Assembly: GCF_009914755.1 (NCBI RefSeq)
Contig: NC_060925.1
Length of the DNA stretch: 64,000 nucleotides
Source: the human T2T-CHM13v2.0 reference genome, Homo sapiens
Reading direction: 5' to 3' (one strand)
Below are positions 53,641 through 64,000 of this stretch, piece by piece (positions within the stretch are counted from its first letter, which is position 1; each line of letters begins with the position of its first letter). The notes beneath the pieces were generated by a model, which did no database searches, was not told the origin of the DNA, and worked only from the letters and a program-made list of their open reading frames with translations. The position numbers and the translations under genes were made by a program.

Positions 53641-53721
53641 ACTATCAGTAGAAGTAGTACTAGTTGTTGTTTAGGTCTTGTAGTACTAGTTGTTGTTGTT
53701 TAGGTCTCACTAAACACTTAC

Positions 53722-53941
53722 ACAGGTCCTTGAGCAATTAAAGCAAGTAAAAAATTCATATCGTCTAAGAAGGTGTCCAGATTTGGGTAAGGAAGTGGCT
53801 TAGGCTCATCTTTGCTGACTGCTGCTTCATTAGGATAGACGTAAACTACACCGTCCTTCATTTTGAGGTGATAGCCCAGGTTTTCAGGAAGGTTGTCTGT
53901 TCGGAAGGGGTCCTCTCCCTTCTTCACAGGAGGAGTAAAGA
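53722..53941 (-). CDS. AMPD1: AMP deaminase 1, exon 6 (220 nt)
   Basis: gaaaaag|TC...GT|gtaagt; FTPPVKKGEDPFRTDNLPENLGYHLKMKDGVVYVY...DDMNFLLALIAQGP (ORF 53718..53954). Confidence 0.95.
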
Positions 53942-54320
53942 CTTTTTCAATCAAACACAGAGTAATATATTAGCACATAGGATGAACGACCACATAAAAA
54001 TAACCAAAATGTGAAATACTACAACATCTCATTAGCTTGGAATCCGGTACTTAAGTTGTAATTATCTGGAATTAAGCTAACCTTTATTTTTGCATTATTT
54101 TTTAAAGGTGACATAATAGTATAAAATAGCTATAAAAATAATATATTGGCCAGGCGCAGTGGCTCGTGCCTGTAATCCCAGCACTTTGGGAGGCCAAGGC
54201 AGGCAGATCACCTGAGGTCAGGAGTTTGAGACCAGCCTGACCAATATGGTGAAACCCCGTCTCTACTACAAATACACAAATTAGCCAGGCTGTGGCGGCG
54301 TGTGCCTGTTACCTCAGCTA

Positions 54321-54428
<108 letters not shown>

Positions 54429-54714
54429 TCAAAAAAAAGAAAAATAAAATAATATGTTGTCTAGTGTAAGAATGATTTTTCAAGTTCTTTGGAAGAACTA
54501 TTTACATAAAGTAATCGATATACTACTTACAAACAATCTTCATTATTTACTGAAGTTTGTCATCAAAGGCTTTCTGTTTAGAGCATATTATTAGCTCTTA
54601 GATAATAACATAAGAATAAAAGTCAAACTACAGTTAAAAAAATAGAGTTTAGATCTTTACCTTATTTAAGCCAATCCTTTTTATTAGGCGTAATTTAGAG
54701 TGTTTTTTGAAATA

Positions 54715-55345
54715 AGCTTTTAAAGATCAGTCTTGGGTTCCCAGTAAAATAATTGAGTAGAAAATGCCGTTTCCAGGCTGGGCACAGTGACTCACGCCTG
54801 TAATCCCAGCATTTTGGGAGGCCAAGGTGGGTGGGTCATTTGAGGTCAGAAGTTCAAAATCAGCCTGACTAACATGGTGAAACCTCATCTCCACTAAAAA
54901 TACGAAAATTAGTTGAGTGTGGTGGTGTGCGCCTGTAGTCCCAGCTACTCAGGAGGCTGAGGTAGGAGAGTCTCTTGAACCTAGGAGATGGAGGAGGTTG
55001 CAGTGAGTGAGTTTGTGCCACTGCACTCCAGCCTGGGTGACAGAGTGAGACTCCATCTCAAAAAAAAAAAAAAAAGAGAAAAAGAAAAAGAAAATGCAAT
55101 TTCCCCACAGCCCGTTACCCACACAGGCACAGCCAGTCTCCACTCTAGACATCCTGCATCAGAGGGTCCATTTGTTATAATAGATGAATATACATTAACA
55201 CCTTGTAATCACCCAAAGTCCATAGTGCACATTAGGGTTCACTCAAAGCCTATGGGTTTTGGCAAATGTATAATGACATGTATCCACCCTTATAGTATCA
55301 TACAGAATAGTTTCACTCCCCTAAGAATCCTCTGTGCTCCACCTA
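54715..55345 (-). mobile_element. L1MD-like 3' end fragment interrupted by an Alu (54776-55093)
   Basis: catttgttataatagatgaa...atcacccaaagtccatagt...acattagggttcactc motif; Alu flanked by agaaaatgc duplication. Confidence 0.65.
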
Positions 55346-56001
55346 AAGTGGTTTTAATGTAAAAAAGAGATATAAAATAAATTATTATTGTAAGAGTGAT
55401 AATTCTTATGAGAATTATTTTTCCCACCTTTTAAAGCACATACAATTTCTGCTAAAGGAACTGAGAAGAGATTAAGTGGATGTGTTCCCTTCTTTCCACT
55501 GCTAGCGATTTCAGCCTAAGGAAGCCATGAACACATTTCGCACCGTCAGAGCCTTTAAGAATTCATCCTTTTGACTTTCAACAAGTATGGTCATTTATGC
55601 CTCTTCACTGCTGTGCCCGAGGAAGGCATCAGAAAGCCTCCTGTTTACAAGTGATGCCCACAGCAGCCAAAGTGAGAAAAATAGCATAGGGAAAAAAAAC
55701 AGTCTGCACATTTCCTATTCAAAATTGGGAGATAAGGAACATAAGAGAAGTGAAACAGCGTGTTACTACAATATTTGTTACTACTATCAAATATTAATTT
55801 TGAAATCCTTATACTTAAGGATTAATAACTCACTATTAATGATATAATTATTATTGAAGCGTAACTTAGGAGAAATAAAGACAAGACAAACTAAATGTCT
55901 ATATTATAGAGGATGGGAAAACCACTGTTATGTGTTACCAAACTGGAGACATGTTTAATATGATTTTAATATTAAAAGGAATTACAGACAGGGAGTTGTA
56001 G

Positions 56002-56376
<375 letters not shown>

Positions 56377-56999
56377 TTAGTTCTAGGAGTGTAATCCTAA
56401 AATTGTAAGACAATTACAGGAAGATGTGTATATAAAGATGCTTATTGTACCTTTTTTAGAAACAAGTTTTAAAAAGTCAGAAATTTAATTGCCTAAAAAT
56501 AGGAATTAAGTCAATTATGTTCCAGTTATATAATAGAAATCTGTAAAATTATTAAAATCTGATTGTTGAAAAATACGTACTTAACTTTCTACAAGGCAGA
56601 AGGTAAAAACTGAGATAAGTAAATAAAGTGCTATGGAAAGTCAGAACATGTAGTTTACATCTATCCAGAAGGCAAGAAATGATAGTATTTGGGCTGCCTC
56701 TTGAAAGATTGGGTTGGCTCTGGAGACTTGGGCATGTGGTGAATAAGTGAGGGGAAGGACAGCCTGAGCACAGGGAAGCAGAGCAGCAATCCAGGAGCAG
56801 GAAGGTGTTGAACTATGTAGGGAACGAGAAATATTTCCAACCAGAACCAACAGTATAAAAATGGAGCAGAGAAAGTAAGTTCAGAAATAGGTTGAGTGTG
56901 CAAGTTCAAAAATAAACAGGCCGGGTGTGGTGCCTCATGCCTGTAACCCCAGAACTTTGGGAAGTTGAGGCAGGCAGATCGCTTGAGGCCAGGAGTTCA

Positions 57000-57221
<222 letters not shown>

Positions 57222-57663
57222 TTAGGGGGCCAGAGGGTGTGGGCCTCAAATGCCAGGCTAAAGACTGGACTTTGCTTTGTAGGTAGCAAGGAGCAGCTAA
57301 AGGTTCTTGTCAGGAGAAGGATGTGCTCAGATCTGTGTTTTAAAAATTAGCACCAAAGTAAAGATGAACCAAAAGAGAGGGAGACTGAAATTTTGCAGAG
57401 TAGTTACGAAGCTCTTGCAATAATCTGGGCAAGGAGAAGGATAAGCCTGAATGAGGGTTTAGGGAATGGTGAAGAGAAAAAGTTCAGAGAGATGTTGTGC
57501 AGACTGAATCAAGTGATTGGACACGTGAGGAAATGGGGCCAAAGATGATTATGACTATGATATTTTTAGACTGGATTACTTATAATCTAGAGGCATATTT
57601 TAAATTTAATATTTAGTAGTTTAAATAAAATATGTTTCATACATTATGTAAGAGAATTGTTAC

Positions 57664-57829
57664 CTGGATAGAAGCTCTCATTTGCTACCCAAGCCTCACC
57701 ATCAATGTTCCGCAAGTATTTGGAAGGGGTTTTAGGGAACCTCTGAAACGACTTCTGCATGTATTTCTCACGTATGCATAGTGCCCGATACAGACCTTTG
57801 CAAACAATTTCAAAATCTTCAACTGTAAC
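57664..57829 (-). CDS. AMPD1: AMP deaminase 1, exon 5 (166 nt)
   Basis: T-tract-ggcag|GTT...CCAG|gtaac; VTVEDFEIVCKGLYRALCIREKYMQKSFQRFPKTPSKYLRNIDGEAWVANESFYP. Confidence 0.96.
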
Positions 57830-60209
57830 CTGCCAAAAAAAAAAAAGTCAGCATATCAGAGTCAATCCCACGAAAAACTGAGAAGTGAGTAAAGCTTATC
57901 CTTGGCACCTCCCAGCTCTCCTGTGTATCGCAGCCCATTCTGAGACTCACCACTCACCTGGCTGCTTCTTAATTGACTTGGGACCTGGATCTCCCTCCCA
58001 GAGCAGGTCCTGAAGCTTTTCTAGCTTCTTTATTTCTACCAAACTTACCTGTCCTACTAGTCTTTCCCTTGTAGTCCTGTATTTGTTTGTTTCTGGTTTT
58101 TGTTACATAGCAGGGATTATCTAGCAAATAGGATTAAAAGAATCCATTCCAACATGGTATATACTTTCTTCCTTCTAAGTACGTGTGAACATTTTAAGTA
58201 CAAGACAATACCTCAACTGAAAGACCATGTGACTCAAATTGTGAGAATTCAAACCACTCGGTCAGTGAGGGAAATATTTTGGGATGAATAAGGGGTCACA
58301 AATCTCTCAAACCCATGCACGGCTTTCTTCAGCTACGATGGATCACAACATCATTCTGTGAGAAGTTAGTCGTTTAGATGATTTTAAAGAGAATTTTATT
58401 TCTGGGTAAAACTTGAGAGATTCTAGAGGAAAGCTTTATTAGAGCTGCTGGAAATTTCCCCTGCCCCCATTCCCAACTCCTGGTTGGGCCAGGCATGCCC
58501 AAGTAGTTATAACTTGAAATCACTGAATGTTCATTATCAGAACCCAAAGACTTTTCCTGTGGGACTACCATATGCTTGTCCCCAGTAGTTTAAGGTCCAG
58601 ATATTGATCCTGAATTAGTTTAACTATTTTAAAGACCTGCTGTCCTTGGCCAAAAGCGTCTGGCACAGATGCTAGGTCTGGGGGTCTGCTTCCCTGCTTC
58701 CAATGGCATGCGTAGCTCATTGCCACCTAATAGGCCACTAGTCTATCAGGTCCTCAAGAATGAGAGCTGGGTCTTATTCACCTTCATGTTCTCAGCACAC
58801 AATGCCTAGCACAGAATAGATGCTCAATAAGACTGATTAAACTGAATCGAGTGTTTACCAGGAATTAATAATCTTGAGAACTGAGCCCTGATTTCCTCTT
58901 TGCCTCTCTGTTTAAATTACTAGGGTGAAGACTAATTTGGGTACAGACTACAACCAGGTAGAGCGTAGAGTGTTGCTCAGCAGCCCAGCCACATTCAGCC
59001 AACTGGTAGAGAAACATACTTCGTTTTTCCCAGTCTCCAGGTCAAGGTTTCAGGTGCCCTCCAGCTTTCACAGGAGGAGAAGTACTCCTTGACTTGTGTA
59101 CATTTTGTTCGTCCTCCTAACTTCTTTGTTTTTATTCTTGTTTTCATTTCTATCAAGCATGCAGGTATGAAGTTTATCTCCAAATGTTTATGTTATTTTG
59201 AATTCTGGAGTTCTCCAAACTGTGTTTCCCCTGTACTCATCTCTATTAGGCATTTCCTTTTAGTTATTTAGTGTCTAAACCCCCTGCCATTTAGAGAGCA
59301 CCCATGTTATACAGAAAATGAATAAACAAGAATGAGGTGCATTTAATTGCCTTGTCACTTTTAAGTATCTTAGGACTGACCCTAAGTGGGTCAGTTACAT
59401 GAGAAGGGGACCCAGCACTGGTCATTAAAACTATATTTGGAGCATCGACGGACGGCTGCACAGCAGTTTCACCAATATGATGCTGATTCTGCAAGTCCAT
59501 GTGGCAGAGATTTATTAATTGACCAACTGTTCTGGATGAGACAAGCAGGTCAAGTTGTTTGTGACATGACTTTACTATCCCTGTGGCATCCTAGAGTCTG
59601 TTCCAAGTAATGATCTACTGTGTAACCATCTGTAATGAAATTGGAGAGTTCAGGTCGTCAAAAAAACAATAGCCTCGTTAGGATTTTCTAACCTCTCTCT
59701 CATCTTCCTTCTTTTCTCTGGTGCCTTCTTTTTTCTCTTCCCTCTCTCTTTCTCTGGATCTGTTTTCTTTGGTTGGTTTATGCTATCTGCAACCCTTCTC
59801 ACTATCCTAGGTCTGCTTGGGTCCTTCTTTTCCCCAGAGACTCCGTGCCTCCCCAGAGGCTCCCTTTTCTGATTTATGACAACATCAGTGAGACTTGACC
59901 ACTCTACTGCTCTCTTTGGTCCTTTTTGCCAAAATCTGTCCATTGTATTCTGTAACATACACACTGCATTCTACTCCATATTCTCCATGTGCAAGCAAAT
60001 GAGATAGAGGATAAATTATGTGGGATGATAAAAACAACAGAAACATAAGACATACCACCATATTAGTATTGAAATGCAATAATGAAGTGTAACAAAGGAC
60101 AGGTGAGCTAATACCTCCCTCAACAGGAAAGAGAAGAAGGCAAGGAGCTAGAACTGTCAAGCTGAATGGCTTCCTGGTTGCTAAGTCTGAGTGGCAAGGA
60201 CCAACTCAC

Positions 60210-60375
60210 CCCAGAGGCATAGTCACCAGTAATCTGCACTCTCTGAAAATCAGGCACGGTCTGGTAGGTTGGAGATGAGGAAATGTATTCATCAATGTGG
60301 GACAGTTTGGTGGAAGATGTTTCACTTAGTGGAATGGACAAATTAACAGTCTTCCGTCCTTGGAAACGCTTTTTT
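60210..60375 (-). CDS. AMPD1: AMP deaminase 1, exon 4 (166 nt)
   Basis: cccag|A...GGG|gtgagt; KKRFQGRKTVNLSIPLSETSSTKLSHIDEYISSSPTYQTVPDFQRVQITGDYASG; in phase with exon 3. Confidence 0.96.
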
Positions 60376-61572
60376 CTGGGTTCGAAATTTAAAAGTAAGA
60401 GTTAATTTTGTCTTCATCAGGCGTTTCATTGTGATAGATAGATGTTTCTCTATACAATTTTATTCTGAGGACAAAAAGTAAAAATTAAAATGTGGTTGGG
60501 TATCAGAAACAGGATCCAAGCATAGTGGGAGGAGAAATCACTGAAGACACATGACCTTGTGCCCCTCTCCCTGGTCTACCTTGGAATGGCCTTAGCAATC
60601 CTACTAGAAGACCTTCACCATGACACCCTTCTTCCCAGGCAGTCCACTCCCAGCAGAATAGGCAGTCTAGGAACTACAGAAAACACAGGCTATGTCAGTT
60701 ACTACCTGTATCATTTTATTCATGTTCCTTAAACATGGATAAAGGAGCTCCCATCTACCCATCTAAAACAAATGGTGCAAAAATGACTACCTTATAGGAT
60801 TTCTATGAGATTTAATGTATATAAAATGCCTAGCACAGTACCTGGAACTTATAAGGTATTTAATATTATTTTCTCAAATCAACAAGTATTTGTTGAGTTT
60901 GACCCAAGTTTATTGCTTTGACCCAAGTCCTGTGTTAAGTCCTATGGGGGACACCAAAGGAGATGGATTGCTGTTCTTTCCTTAAAGATGTAAAATCAAG
61001 AGAAAGACAGCAGAATAGTCTTTTCCCCATGAAGCTGGTGGGATGGGGGGAGGACCTAAGGAGGGGGTTCCAGCAAAGTAGTTAGTATAGGTTTGAGGTT
61101 TGGGGACTAAAGTGTGGCTGGTAGTGAATCCTAGAGTGGTTCAAATAAAGGAAAATAGACTTGGTGGAGAGGGATTTTCAAAGACTGCTCGGGGGAGGCA
61201 GCAAGTATGCATCATAGACATGGGATGGGCAGGTCATGAGGGCAGAATTGGAGAGCAGTATTCCTAAGGCCAGGAGGTGGTCAGACTAACTGGAGGGCAG
61301 GATTCATGTCAGGGAGCATAACACTAAGGTTGGCTAGGGACAGAGTCTGAAGATGAAGGCTCTTGAGTCCCAGTTTATATTACCATTGTGTGTAAATTGA
61401 ATATGTTCACAGCAGCCATTTGCCCACTTTGGTCTGAAATAATTCTATGGTATCTCGAAGTCCTCTTGCTTAGATGGGTAGGGAGGCTTCAATCAAGGGA
61501 GATATGGACGAGATAGGAGGCCCACTGCTTTCTTCTTTTTTCATCATTGGCCCCTCACTCTACTCACTCTAG

Positions 61573-61893
<321 letters not shown>

Positions 61894-62025
61894 TAGGAAT
61901 TGCTAACTCTGGCAGAGTTCTTCCTCTGAGTTGAACCATCATTTGGATAAATTGAACCATATCTTCCCTGGCAGATACCCCTCCTTAGGTGCCAATATAC
62001 TAAGCACTCCCCTTACACCACTTAC

Positions 62026-62206
62026 CTCCTGGCTTCTGTGGAGGTGGACAGAGTCTCCAGATGGAATATGTGTGCTTGCATCTCATGATGAGAAATCGGA
62101 CAGATCTCATCCACATCAAAGGGGGAAATCTCCTGACGACCTCCTTCATCTTTGACTTCAGAGGCAAACACTTTTTCAGCAAAGTTGCGCATTGCATCAT
62201 CAATTT
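62026..62206 (-). CDS. AMPD1: AMP deaminase 1, exon 3 (181 nt)
   Basis: Acceptor ctcttttag|AA, donor AG|gtaagt; translates IDDAMRNFAEKVFASEVKDEGGRQEISPFDVDEICPISHHEMQAHIFHLETLSTSTEAR, the AMPD1 N-terminal region. Confidence 0.96.
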
Positions 62207-63171
62207 CTAAAAGAGGTTTTCACATATTAGTGTTCAAGCCCCTTTTCAAAAGTCAGCTGAGAGTTTCTGCTATGTGTAAGGCATGGGACAAGGACTGTGC
62301 TGCGTGCATGGCTCTCCTGCTTTCCAACCAGGGTCCAACACAGAGCTCAGTGCCTGCTCTCCTTTTAGTGGGTTTCTGTGTGGGTACCTTGAAAATATGC
62401 TCTCAGAAACATGGGTCAGATTCTCATAGCACATTTCAGAACAGTCCTAAAGATGGTCCTAAAGATGAGACCGGGCTGTTGTAGGACTAGCACCTCAGTA
62501 AGATCACCTGTTTCTGGCAAGGCTAAGTTTGATTTCATAGTTTGAACCATGCAGCACAGTTCTTCCCATTAGGTTGGTGGAGTTTTTCTGATGGTGTTAA
62601 ATATGTGGATAGGGTTATTGGTCCTTGGAGTTTTTCTTGCTAAGGAGAACCAGTGATTCCGGTGATCTAAGTAGTTCTGAGAAATAAATGTGTACTGTAG
62701 GGCCTTTCTTCTACTTAAGACAGATACTGTGTTTCTCTCACACATCAAACCTTGTTTTTTCAAATCCAGACAACTTGGTGATATGCTGCTGTATGCAGGG
62801 AGGGGACCACTAACATTTACTACCAAGTGCTGGAAGTCCCATTTCTTGTGGACATAGGCCTCAATAATGAATGAACCTTGGAAGGCCAATTTTACTTGTA
62901 CATACCCTAATTTTCCCATTCTTAAAATGGGGGGAAATGATGCTTCTTAGTTTGGCAATGAATAACCCCAAGACCCTCAGGATATAAGAAAACCAGTGTC
63001 TCTGGGCACACTGGCTCATCCCTGTGATCCCAGCGCTTTGGGAGGGTGAGGAGAGTGGATCCCTTGATGGCAGGAGTTCGAGACCAGCCTGGCCAACATG
63101 GCGAAACCCTGTCTCTACTAAAAATATGAAAATTAGTTGTGCATGGTAGTGCATGCCTGTAATCCCAGCTA

Positions 63172-63279
<108 letters not shown>

Positions 63280-64000
63280 TCAAAAAAGAAAAGAAAACCA
63301 GTGTCATCATATAGGATGGTGATGGCCATCAAGTATCTGCCTTTCTGTTAAGTTCCACTGTGTTCTCCAGATCCTCAGTGTTTTCTGTCTGAATAATTAT
63401 TACCTCTAATACTTTTCCTGGTATTTCCAGAAAAGAGCTGGTAGCAATAATGACAATGGCAAATAGCTAGCTATTTGGAGCAACAGTAGAAGACAGAAAC
63501 ATTCCCCACAGGATGACAGAGCAAACTGTATGTAGAGAGAAAGATGCCCCCAGCTATTAATGTCTATACAGACCTGCAAAAGTCCATATTTTCTATTCTA
63601 AATTAAGTAGATGTCATGTGTTCAAGCTCCCTGCTCTGCACTTAACACCTCCTACATCTTCCTCTATTTCCATTTCTTAATCTGTAAAGTGGGAATACTA
63701 ATACCTACCCAACCTCGCTGGCAAGGCTGTTGTGACACTAAGTGAGATAATGTATGTGGAAATGCCTTAAGACAAATAAAGCACCAGATTAAATTGAATG
63801 ATGTAATGTGTAGCATTGGTCAAACAGACATTTGGTGTGTGGGGTTAGCTTTGGACTATGAATGAGATAATACATGATATGACTTAGTATATGATGAAAT
63901 GTACATTGGAGATGACAGGAATTGATTCATAACTTCCCCAACAATAACAGTCAGGTCAGCCAGTTTTTAAAACCTGGTTTGTTACAGCAAAGTTAACAGA

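Noticed and set aside
56493-56502. Perfect MEF2 site CTAAAAATAG in AMPD1 intron 5
   Set aside because: Isolated hit in AT-rich, old-L1-like DNA with no supporting motif cluster

Overview
Primate, almost certainly human, genomic DNA matching the AMPD1-DENND2C locus (1p13); both genes lie on the minus strand. Right part (46561-62206): coding exons 3-16 of AMPD1 (muscle AMP deaminase). All have GT-AG boundaries and splice into one open frame of 2210 nt ending at TAA 46563-46561; exons 1-2 lie beyond the right edge. About 3 kb downstream of AMPD1 is a CpG-island promoter (~43050-43850) with a first exon whose donor follows 43431. I assign it to DENND2C by synteny, since no DENND2C coding sequence is in the window. 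The left 43 kb is 5'-UTR intron sequence with two non-coding exons built from MaLR LTRs (27942-28198, 18887-18998), roughly 45-50 Alus, an ancient near-full-length L1M, L2/MIR, MER2/MER45/MER47/MER58 and two hAT-Charlie transposase fossils. Nearly all listed ORFs outside AMPD1 exons are Alu, repeat or CpG-island artefacts. No wholly new biological system is demonstrable from sequence alone. The best leads are: (1) a candidate muscle-type internal promoter and alternative first exon at ~500-970; (2) a FAM200/Charlie9-like transposase fossil at ~34080-35260; (3) a cluster of locally templated insertions and fold-backs inside the old L1; (4) the LTR-derived, uORF-laden 5' UTR; (5) an AMPD1 poly(A) signal overlapping its stop codon just upstream of the next promoter. 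Repeat subfamily names and protein comparisons come from recalled consensus sequences, not database searches.
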